From the IMG/VR virus record IMGVR_UViG_3300042275_000327, positions 64,001-128,000 of that record: a stretch of DNA of 64,000 nucleotides. One strand, written 5' to 3'. Shown here in pieces: positions 17,860 through 26,119 of this stretch. This DNA is from a virus (taxonomy: Duplodnaviria > Caudoviricetes). The notes beneath the pieces are model-generated. The model searched no databases. It saw only the letters and a list, made by a program, of their open reading frames with translations, and had not been told where the DNA came from. The position numbers and the translations under genes were made by a program. How positions within the stretch are numbered: position 1 is the stretch's first letter; every line of letters starts with the position of its first letter.

Positions 17860-18539
17860 AATATACTCCTCATGATAGACTCTATTATTCTGAAGTCTTC
17901 TTCTGTATCAATCTCCAGAATAGTCTCTTTTGACATCTCAAAGATTCCACAAGGAGGAATAATCCTACATTTGCTATTTCTCCAAGACTGAATAGAATTA
18001 TAATAGAACATTCCATTTTCTACTAAATATTCTTTCTTGATCTTTAGATCTTGTCTTCTACTTCTGTTGAGAGGATTATAGTTTTTTGGAAGCCCTGTTC
18101 TATCCCAGATAAATCTATCTGACATACTCACAACAGACAAAGAGGATTCTTCAGGAGTAACTTTAGCATAGTTGATAAACTCATCAACATCTTCAGAAGT
18201 TACAATAGGAGAAGTGAGCTGTGCTAAAAGAATAGATCCTTCTAATTGAGGATTAGATTCTAGAAATTCAATAACAGCAGATTCTGTGGAGGAATCATCA
18301 CTAGAGTTCTCTTTTGACCTGTAAACAATCTCAGCTTTAGGGCAGTATGTTCTGACAAGCTTAGCATATTCATTAGAATCTGTAGAAACAATTACTCTAT
18401 CAATCTCTACTGACTCTAACAAAGCTGAGATCATCCAATAGAACAAAGGCATTGAGTTTATCTCTTTGATATTCTTATCAATAATTCCTTTACTGCCACT
18501 TCTCATAGGAACAAATGCAATCACTTTCTCTTTTGTCAT
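17856..18539 (-). CDS. neuA: CMP-nonulosonate synthetase (acylneuraminate cytidylyltransferase)
   Basis: PMRSGSKGIIDKN, VSTDS, QLTSP, ENGMFY, EIDTEED; start revised to 18539. Confidence 0.9.
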   Translation of the reverse strand: MTKEKVIAFVPMRSGSKGIIDKNIKEINSMPLFYWMISALLESVEIDRVIVSTDSNEYAKLVRTYCPKAEIVYRSKENSSDDSSTESAVIEFLESNPQLEGSILLAQLTSPIVTSEDVDEFINYAKVTPEESSLSVVSMSDRFIWDRTGLPKNYNPLNRSRRQDLKIKKEYLVENGMFYYNSIQSWRNSKCRIIPPCGIFEMSKETILEIDTEEDFRIIESIMRSIF

Positions 18540-19081
18540 CTTTTTACAAATCCCCAACTAGTGTCTTTGCCTAGAATCTCTGGTTCTCCAAGAACTTCTC
18601 TCACTGCTTTCATTGTTCCAGGAAAAGCTTCTTGAAAATCATGTCCTGCAATAATTCCTCCCTTTTTTACTTTTGGGAGCCAATTCAGGATATCTTTTTT
18701 AACATCTTCATATTGATGAACAGCATCTATATATACCATAGTAAGACTTTCATCCTCAAATAATTTACATGCTTCATCTCCAGTCATTTTCATCTTATGA
18801 ATATTGTCATATTTCTCTTTCATAGAATCAAATTGACTCTCAACAATATTCATATCATATTTATAACTAGAAGCATCAGAATCATCATAACCATTCATCC
18901 AAGGGTCAATAGCATAGACAATGAAGAAGTTATTAGAAAAAATCTCTGTAGAGTCTCCTACATAACATCCAATTTCTGCAATCTTATGAGTACAAAATAG
19001 AGAATTCCTCTGACACTCATTAATAAACTCTATCAATCCACTTTTTGCATTCTTTGCCTTTCTAATACTAATTTTTTCCAT
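18536..19081 (-). CDS. Class I SAM methyltransferase (Methyltransf_24-like)
   Basis: EIGCYVGDS, IDPW, YIDAVHQYE, GGIIAGHD. Confidence 0.85.
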   Translation of the reverse strand: MEKISIRKAKNAKSGLIEFINECQRNSLFCTHKIAEIGCYVGDSTEIFSNNFFIVYAIDPWMNGYDDSDASSYKYDMNIVESQFDSMKEKYDNIHKMKMTGDEACKLFEDESLTMVYIDAVHQYEDVKKDILNWLPKVKKGGIIAGHDFQEAFPGTMKAVREVLGEPEILGKDTSWGFVKR

Positions 19082-21206
19082 ATGCTACCTCTTCCATTTT
19101 TTTCTTACTGATAGGATCTATTGTTACTCTTGGATCTTTTGCAAAGTCTAGAATCAGTCTAGTATCTCTATATTTATCATGAAGACTAAGAGGTTTTCCA
19201 ATTCTATTTTTTCTCTGTCTTAGAGTAAATTCAGGAAGATAGCCTTCTATATATTCCTCATTTTTTCCATCAGTAATATCTGGAATATTAGCATAAGCAT
19301 CTACACCTGTAATAAAGAGACTCTTAATATCAAAGAATAAAAGATCATTGATAAGTCTTGTTCCAATAAATAATGTTGGACAAGGAATATCTTTGAGTCT
19401 GTTTGGAATATTTCTCCATCTAAATGGTAACTCTTCTTTTGGAATACTGTTCATGAGCTTACAAATATATTGAAGATCTCTCTTAGCCCATTCATTTGTT
19501 CTCCATTCATTGAAATCATCACGCTCATATGTAACATTGACATAGAGAACATCAGTTCTTGATCCAAAATCTTTCTCAAGAGAAGGATCAGAAATCAGTG
19601 AATTCAACATATTATTTGTTCTTACAACAATATCAAAAGAGTCTATAAACTCTCCTAGTTCTCTACCTTTTAGAATTGGAGATGGACCAACAAAGATAAC
19701 TTTCTTATTATAAAGAAAACTATAGAATTCATCCTCTGAAGAAGAATTTGGATATCTCTTAGAAAATTTAGAATCAATGTTGATGTAAAAAAGCCATGTA
19801 TCATCTCTATCAGATGTTAGTGGTTTTGTCTTTAGAAGTGTAATCAGTTTTCCACAAGTTGAAGACATATGATAAGAAACACCCTTACCATAAATAGATC
19901 CACCTGTTTCTGAGATATCTTGAATAAAAGATTTGAGCTCTTCTAATGAGAAAACCTTATCTTCTAAATTCTTATGTATGAGTCCCTTCTTTCTTTTTGA
20001 CTTAAGATTCCAAAGATCATAAACATCCTTATATATAACATCATTTCTTGACTCTTCCTGCCAAGGTTTTACTCCAACAAAATGTAGAAGAACAGAATCA
20101 TCATAGATATTCTTAAAACTCTTTGACAGGAACATTCTTTTTTCAACATTGAACTTCTTTGGAAGATAAGTCAAATAATTATTTTCTTTTAGAAAAAACA
20201 AGTTGATGATTTCTTGATCTGGGAGGTAGAATCCTTTAGAACAATAGGAAACAAGAGTATCATAGATAGAATAAGACAACATCTTTAAATCTAAAACCAT
20301 CACACCAGAATTTATCTCATTTGAAAGAATATCTTTTTGAGATTTATACTGTCGACAAGCCCCAAGAATCTTACTTTGAAGAGATATATAAGTCAGCTCT
20401 TCCAAAGAACCTCTTACAAGAATATCCATATCTACAAAGATGGCCCTCTCCATATAAGACTTATACAAAGAGGGATTGAAGAATTCTAATTTGTAGTATG
20501 TAGAAAGTAATCTTGATTCAGTTGATTCTATAGAAAAAGAATAAGACTCCTTACTAAAAGTCTTAAAGATGAGATTTGAATAAATATTCTTCATCTCTTC
20601 TTTAGTAGCATCACTGAGCCCATTATCAAGTATGATAAATGTGTAAGAAAAATCTGGATCAGTCTCTTTCAAAGATCGGAAAAACCCTTTAAATCCTAAG
20701 AAAAAATTATCATCCATCAGAGTTACAAAAACAGTCTCTCTTTTCTTTTCAGGATATCTGAGAAATAATTTTTTCTTTGAATCAAAACGAGAATCTTCTA
20801 GTATGCTATCATATTGCTTTTTAAAATTAGATCCTTCAAGAGAGTGATTCTGATAGATATCCTCTCCACCAAAATCAAATCCATACAAATAAATTTCATC
20901 ATAGTCTTCTAATAGAGCATCTAATATAGCCTGATTGCCAGAACTCCATCCTCTGTCTTCCTTAAATTGTGAGATCCCTGGCAAACCTTCTCTTCCTACT
21001 AGTATAATCTTATTACTCTCTATGAAGGATTCATCCTGGAAGCTCTGCAGTACCTCTGAGTGAACACTGTAAACTCTTTTAATAGTAGGAAATTTATTGA
21101 TCTCGTAGATACCTTTATTACAGACCCAAATCTCTTCAAACTCAGAGATCTCTTCTTCTAGATATTTTCTAGATATTCCATTCCCTACTATTGCAAGTTC
21201 TTTCAT
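19068..21206 (-). CDS. Three-domain glycosyltransferase: GT29/GT42-like, GT8, sialyltransferase (GT29-like)
   Basis: N: IVGNG..SSG..YLYGFDF; middle: FVDMD, NSGVMV, DQEIIN, HFVGVKPW; C: VGPS..LKG.ELG.FIDSFDIVVRTN (sialylmotif L-like). Confidence 0.8.
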   Translation of the reverse strand: MKELAIVGNGISRKYLEEEISEFEEIWVCNKGIYEINKFPTIKRVYSVHSEVLQSFQDESFIESNKIILVGREGLPGISQFKEDRGWSSGNQAILDALLEDYDEIYLYGFDFGGEDIYQNHSLEGSNFKKQYDSILEDSRFDSKKKLFLRYPEKKRETVFVTLMDDNFFLGFKGFFRSLKETDPDFSYTFIILDNGLSDATKEEMKNIYSNLIFKTFSKESYSFSIESTESRLLSTYYKLEFFNPSLYKSYMERAIFVDMDILVRGSLEELTYISLQSKILGACRQYKSQKDILSNEINSGVMVLDLKMLSYSIYDTLVSYCSKGFYLPDQEIINLFFLKENNYLTYLPKKFNVEKRMFLSKSFKNIYDDSVLLHFVGVKPWQEESRNDVIYKDVYDLWNLKSKRKKGLIHKNLEDKVFSLEELKSFIQDISETGGSIYGKGVSYHMSSTCGKLITLLKTKPLTSDRDDTWLFYINIDSKFSKRYPNSSSEDEFYSFLYNKKVIFVGPSPILKGRELGEFIDSFDIVVRTNNMLNSLISDPSLEKDFGSRTDVLYVNVTYERDDFNEWRTNEWAKRDLQYICKLMNSIPKEELPFRWRNIPNRLKDIPCPTLFIGTRLINDLLFFDIKSLFITGVDAYANIPDITDGKNEEYIEGYLPEFTLRQRKNRIGKPLSLHDKYRDTRLILDFAKDPRVTIDPISKKKMEEVAYGKN

Positions 21207-21712
21207 TTTGTCAGAACCTTATAAAGAAGATAGTCTTCAAAATCTAAAGTCTGATCTTCAGAAACAGGACTTTCAGAGAACTCATCTATGTAAGAATCAA
21301 ATTCTTTTCCTTTCACTGTTGTCTTCTTTCCTAGTGGATCTGTCACAAAAGCTCTTTTAGAGGTGATATCTAACTCTATTTTAGAACCATTCATCTTCTC
21401 TTTCTTTACAAAAGCCTTTATCTTCTTTGAACTTTCTTCTTCATTCATAGATTTCTTTACAAATTCAGTTGACTCGTAGAAATTCAAAAAAATCTTTTTG
21501 TATTGAGGAGCTATAGCAATCTTTTCCAAAAGCTTCTTTTCTGCTTTTCTGACCAGAAGATCAAAAGTATTATCTGATACAATAACATCTCCTGTATCTC
21601 CAAAAATAAGTTGATACTCAAAAGTCTCTTCTGAAAAAACAATCTGGTATACTCTGCTATCTGATTCTAGATATGGAACGTTGTCATAAGCTCTACTGAT
21701 ATGAAATGTCAT
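21203..21712 (-). CDS. Hypothetical protein heading the glycosylation operon
   Basis: 169 aa, GGAG RBS, AACTATT at 21744-21750. Confidence 0.6.
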   Translation of the reverse strand: MTFHISRAYDNVPYLESDSRVYQIVFSEETFEYQLIFGDTGDVIVSDNTFDLLVRKAEKKLLEKIAIAPQYKKIFLNFYESTEFVKKSMNEEESSKKIKAFVKKEKMNGSKIELDITSKRAFVTDPLGKKTTVKGKEFDSYIDEFSESPVSEDQTLDFEDYLLYKVLTK

Positions 21713-21750
21713 AATTATTCTCCTATTAAAATATTACTAATAAAATAGTT

Positions 21751-23619
21751 CTAGATTGCTGAAAGATTGAAAGCTCTACCTTCCAAGAAGTCCTTTCTAG
21801 AGCCACTCTCTCCACTGGACATCCACTCTTTTATTATCTTTTCACTATCTGATGTTCTCTCAAATTGTACAAGAAAATCTTCCATTGTACCAACTTTCTC
21901 AATAATCTTTTTTAGAACTTCTGGTTCAAAAGATCCTAATCCCTTGTAATAATCTATTCTATGAAATTTTGTTTTTGAACTCTTCATATAATCATCAATA
22001 TTAAAAAACCATTCTATGGGATCATCCTTCTTATTAAAAGCAACAAGAAGAGGTGTGTTCATAAAACATATCCTTCCATCCTCGATCATTTTAGGAGTAA
22101 ATTTATGGAAGAAAGTCAAGAGCAAAGATCTGATGTGGATCCCATCCATATCCTGGTCCGACAAAAAAACAACCTTATCATACTCCATATCTGTATTTTT
22201 ATCAAGAAGATCCAGGTTTAGAATATCTACAATATCCTTGAACTCTTTATTTTTGATCATTTTAGATACTGGAACATTGAAAGTATTCAATGGTTTTCCT
22301 CTAAGAGAATAGTAAGCAATGTCTCTTCTACCAAGAATATTCCACATTGAACTTGTTGCAGAATAACCTTCTGTAAGCATCAAATATTTCTTATCCCCAA
22401 TGGGAGGAAAATATGATTCACTAGAGACTTTCTTCTTAGAATTTGAAAGATTTTTCAGAGCTTGTTTCTTTTTGAATTCTTCTTTTAGCTTGAACATCTC
22501 AACAATAGGCTCTAGAATCAGTTCATTCTTTTGTAGTCTCTTAGTCATAGCAAGAAAATCATCATTAGAAAGATCAAGGTATTTTCTTATTTCAGCAACA
22601 GAATTTGTGAGAGTCTCTTTGGTCTGAGAATCAAATTGCATAGATGGAAAATCATTGAAGAAGACAACAATAGAAAGTTTATTCTTAATATCTCCAGGCT
22701 TGATGGTCTTGAATTTTTTTACTAAAAGATCTCTTAGCTTATAAGAAAACTCATTGGAAATAAGATCTACATGAGTTCCCCCTCTCTTTAAATAAAGACC
22801 ATTCACATAAGAGAAAAAAGAAAAGTCTTCTTCCTCATTAGGATAAATCCCTATGAACCATTTATCTCCTGTGAATAGCTCAAATGTTTCTGAAAACATA
22901 GACATAAATTGTTTTGAATTACCAATCGATACTCTCTTGTCATTAAAGTAAAACTTAATTTTTGGAAAGGAGTATGAAAGAAACAATATTCTCTGGTAGA
23001 TCATATTGATGTGATCTTTATCTATCTCAGACAATCCAAAACGCTCCAGGTCAGGCTGAAAATGTACTTTAGTATAATTACTTGAATTCTTTCTTATCGA
23101 GTGCTCTGTAGTCTCCATATTATCTTTGCAAGTCAGAGATAACTTATTCTTACCATCACTAGTCTCAGCTTCGAACAACTTGGAAAAAATATTAGTTGCT
23201 TTGATTCCAATTCCATGAGTACCAATAGAAGATGTTCCCTCATCTACTTTATCAAAATTACTTCCTGCTCTAGCATTACAAAATGCCATGATAGGCATAT
23301 ATTCTTTTGTCTCTTTAGATCTTGTTACAGGAATTCCTCTACCGTTGTCTTCAATTGTAACATCTTTTTCAGAAATTGAAATTCGTATTTTATTTCCGAA
23401 CTTAAAATTTGTCTTAACTGCTTCATCCAAAGAGTTATCAATTGCTTCATTGATGATCTTCAAAAGTGCAGGAACATACTTGACTTTTTCTTTTTGAAAT
23501 TTTCCATCTTTCAGTATCATCTCATCTGATTCAGAGAGTGACATTGATCCTAGATACATTCCAGGTAATAAAAGAATATGGCTTCTAGCATCTAATTCTT
23601 TAATAAGTGCTTGTTTCAT
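21751..23619 (-). CDS. Type II DNA topoisomerase ATPase/Toprim subunit (T4 gp39+60/GyrB-like)
   Basis: EAIDNSLDE, DNGRGIP, G.HGIG, LRGK.LN, DQDMDG.HI, YYKGLG. Confidence 0.92.
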   Translation of the reverse strand: MKQALIKELDARSHILLLPGMYLGSMSLSESDEMILKDGKFQKEKVKYVPALLKIINEAIDNSLDEAVKTNFKFGNKIRISISEKDVTIEDNGRGIPVTRSKETKEYMPIMAFCNARAGSNFDKVDEGTSSIGTHGIGIKATNIFSKLFEAETSDGKNKLSLTCKDNMETTEHSIRKNSSNYTKVHFQPDLERFGLSEIDKDHINMIYQRILFLSYSFPKIKFYFNDKRVSIGNSKQFMSMFSETFELFTGDKWFIGIYPNEEEDFSFFSYVNGLYLKRGGTHVDLISNEFSYKLRDLLVKKFKTIKPGDIKNKLSIVVFFNDFPSMQFDSQTKETLTNSVAEIRKYLDLSNDDFLAMTKRLQKNELILEPIVEMFKLKEEFKKKQALKNLSNSKKKVSSESYFPPIGDKKYLMLTEGYSATSSMWNILGRRDIAYYSLRGKPLNTFNVPVSKMIKNKEFKDIVDILNLDLLDKNTDMEYDKVVFLSDQDMDGIHIRSLLLTFFHKFTPKMIEDGRICFMNTPLLVAFNKKDDPIEWFFNIDDYMKSSKTKFHRIDYYKGLGSFEPEVLKKIIEKVGTMEDFLVQFERTSDSEKIIKEWMSSGESGSRKDFLEGRAFNLSAI

Positions 23620-23631
23620 CTTTACTCCAAT

Positions 23632-24249
23632 CTATACAATCGCATTTGAATAAATAGTAGTCAACTCATTCTTAGTTGATCTAATGAATTTATACACTTT
23701 CATATAATTCATTTTCATTCTTTCTGAGATATCTTTCACAGACACATCCTCCATATACATCTGAAGAATTTGTCTTTTCTTTTCTGGTTGCTCACTGACA
23801 TATTTTTGTACAATGCTTGATACAACTTTAGTTTTCAATTGATCATCAAAATCAATAGCTGTCTTGGAATTAAATGCTTTTTTCAATCCTGAGGTTGATT
23901 CATCTACTTCATCCTTCGATTCCATAGAGGAAAGATAGATTGGAATTCCCATGTGAGCAAGTTCTCTTTGATTTTTGTTCTTAATCTTCAGAAGAAAAAA
24001 ATAGAAGCTTGTTCCAAAATTGGACTCTGAATTTTCCATCTTTTCAAGATCAATGTATTCGATACAATCTATAAAAGAAAAGAAAGCTTCTTGTTTATAG
24101 TCCTCAAGAGAGAGTCCAATATCATTGAAGAATTTTGCATTCTTGAAAAAAGAAGAAGCTACTTTTGCTTGGTATTTTTCCCAAAGCAAATTTCTGATTT
24201 CAAGATCATTTTCATTTTTGATTCTTTTGAGCATTTCTAAGTCGGTCAT
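23632..24249 (-). CDS. Sigma-70-like RNA polymerase sigma factor
   Basis: Region-2-like EDYKQEAFFSF...F; C-terminal HTH SVKDISERMKMNYMKV. Confidence 0.65.
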   Translation of the reverse strand: MTDLEMLKRIKNENDLEIRNLLWEKYQAKVASSFFKNAKFFNDIGLSLEDYKQEAFFSFIDCIEYIDLEKMENSESNFGTSFYFFLLKIKNKNQRELAHMGIPIYLSSMESKDEVDESTSGLKKAFNSKTAIDFDDQLKTKVVSSIVQKYVSEQPEKKRQILQMYMEDVSVKDISERMKMNYMKVYKFIRSTKNELTTIYSNAIV

Positions 24250-24300
24250 ATTTGTCCTCCACAGCAGATTATATATTTAACTATATACTAGATCTTGAAA

Positions 24301-25605
24301 TTAGTAAACCAAAATTTTACATCTAGTCAAAACAGTTTGCTTTTGTTCTTTAAAGATTTCAAGATTTTTGATTGTCCCTTTAAGAGTAACATCCATTCCT
24401 TCATTCTTCAACTTTTCATTGTAAGCAATCATCTTCTCAACTAATTCCTGATAATCAAATTCTCCCTTTTTCTCTAGATCTTTGGATGCCATCTCTTCAG
24501 AGAGATCCTTTGAGGAGAACCATTTAGCAAGTCCTCTTTCTGTCTCAATCTGATAAAGATAAGTGATTCCATCTTGTCCATATCCATAATTTGTATTGAA
24601 ACTGTTGATAAGCTTTATGTTTCCTGTGATGGTTATCTTATCTTTGATCTCTCCAAGAAACTCTGAATTATTCTTGTCCTCTTTGACTAATGAATCTTTA
24701 ATTGCCATATTCAAAGCTTTCCAGAAAGCCCAGCAGACAATTCCAAGATTCTTTGAAGGAACCTTCATATTGAATTCTGAGTTTGAATAGAGATTAGAGA
24801 AGATATTGAATTCAAAATCATTTGTATAACCTTTTTTGATATCCCAGAACTTCTTGATTGTCTCAATCTGCTTCTCTACATTTTTGGAGTTTCTCTGAAT
24901 GTCTTTCCTAATTTCTTCTCTATTTCCTACACTGAAAATGATATTCTTAACAAGACTAGAAGTACCTTCTTCTCCTTTCTCCCAATTTCTTGAAAAATCA
25001 TTGGTTACACTACTGAGAATTCCTAAGACTTCTTTCACTGAGATGTAGCTATTAGAAGTGAAGAATCTATTTCTAAGGAGTTCTCTCTCTTCTTCATCTA
25101 GATCTGAAAAATCAAGTGTAGTCTCATTGATTCTGAGAGCTTTAGTCTCAGCTTCAAAAGCTCCGAGGATCCCCTCAAGAGGAATACCAAAATACTCAAG
25201 AACACAAGTTGATCCAATCTGCTTGATCTGTCCCTCATCCTCAAAGAAGAACCACTTCTTCCTATCCCTAGAAGTATGACAATGATCACAGACTGAGCCT
25301 TTTTTGTAGAGCTTATGAATATCATATCTGTCAGTATTTGAATAAATCATAGGAACTCCACTATTGTAAGATAGAGTTCCTAAAAATTCTACATTCTCTT
25401 TTCCATTAGTCTCAGGAATTTCAAGAAAGTATTCTACTACTGGAAAATTAACATTAACTGTAGCTGTCTCAAGAAGTTGAAAACCTTTTTTATGAGAGAT
25501 AACTCTAATCTCTGAATCATACTTCTGGAGTTTCTTATTCAGAGAAGTCATCTTCTTCTGAAACTTTTTGAGATCTTCTTCTAGAATTACAAGGTTCATA
25601 ATCAT
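24301..25605 (-). CDS. Conserved phage early protein with Zn-finger and C-terminal OB-like region
   Basis: CDHCH..R.RK...IGSTC; KGTIK....F...QTVLTRCK; early promoter upstream. Confidence 0.55.
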   Translation of the reverse strand: MIMNLVILEEDLKKFQKKMTSLNKKLQKYDSEIRVISHKKGFQLLETATVNVNFPVVEYFLEIPETNGKENVEFLGTLSYNSGVPMIYSNTDRYDIHKLYKKGSVCDHCHTSRDRKKWFFFEDEGQIKQIGSTCVLEYFGIPLEGILGAFEAETKALRINETTLDFSDLDEEERELLRNRFFTSNSYISVKEVLGILSSVTNDFSRNWEKGEEGTSSLVKNIIFSVGNREEIRKDIQRNSKNVEKQIETIKKFWDIKKGYTNDFEFNIFSNLYSNSEFNMKVPSKNLGIVCWAFWKALNMAIKDSLVKEDKNNSEFLGEIKDKITITGNIKLINSFNTNYGYGQDGITYLYQIETERGLAKWFSSKDLSEEMASKDLEKKGEFDYQELVEKMIAYNEKLKNEGMDVTLKGTIKNLEIFKEQKQTVLTRCKILVY

Positions 25606-25615
25606 CTTTGATTCT

Positions 25616-25656
25616 CCTTACATTAATATACTATACTATTTTCTTACTAATGTAAA
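25616..25656 (-). promoter_or_regulatory. Putative early (host sigma-70) promoter
   Basis: TTTACA-N17-TAGTAT followed by ATTAATGTAAGG; near-identical element at 63244-63284. Confidence 0.7.
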
Positions 25657-25666
25657 TAGAAAAAAT

Positions 25667-26107
25667 TTATTTTTTTCCTGTTGATCCAAAACCTCCAGAT
25701 CCTCTCTCAGTTTCTTCAAGGGATTCTACCTCAACAAAAGCAGTTTCCTGTGTGTATGTTCTGCAGATAACTAACTGAGCAACTCTATCACCAACATCAA
25801 CATAAAAAGGTTTGTCAGAGGAATTAAAAAGAATTACTCCTATCTCCCCACGATAATCACAGTCGAGAGTCCCAGGACTGTTCAGAACCATTATTCCTTT
25901 TTTAAGAGCCAATCCAGACCTAGATCTAATCTGCCCTTCATATCCTTCTGGAATCTTCACATGAAGACCAGTCTTCACAAGAACAGCTTTTCCTGGACTG
26001 ATCTTATGGACATTATTACTTCTGAGATCAATTCCAGAGGAACCAGAAGTCTCTGGTTTCAACTCAAATTTCTGACTTGTACTGTCAAAATAATACTTTA
26101 CTTCCAT
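25667..26107 (-). CDS. dut: Trimeric dUTPase
   Basis: GIDL, RSRSGLA, GTLDCDYRGE, RVAQL, RGSGGFGSTG. Confidence 0.95.
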   Translation of the reverse strand: MEVKYYFDSTSQKFELKPETSGSSGIDLRSNNVHKISPGKAVLVKTGLHVKIPEGYEGQIRSRSGLALKKGIMVLNSPGTLDCDYRGEIGVILFNSSDKPFYVDVGDRVAQLVICRTYTQETAFVEVESLEETERGSGGFGSTGKK

Positions 26108-26119
26108 CTCTATCTTCTC

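Noticed and set aside
21751-23619. Missing topoisomerase partner subunit, terminase, replicative helicase and tail genes as an anomaly
   Set aside because: The window is only part of a larger genome; these are probably outside it
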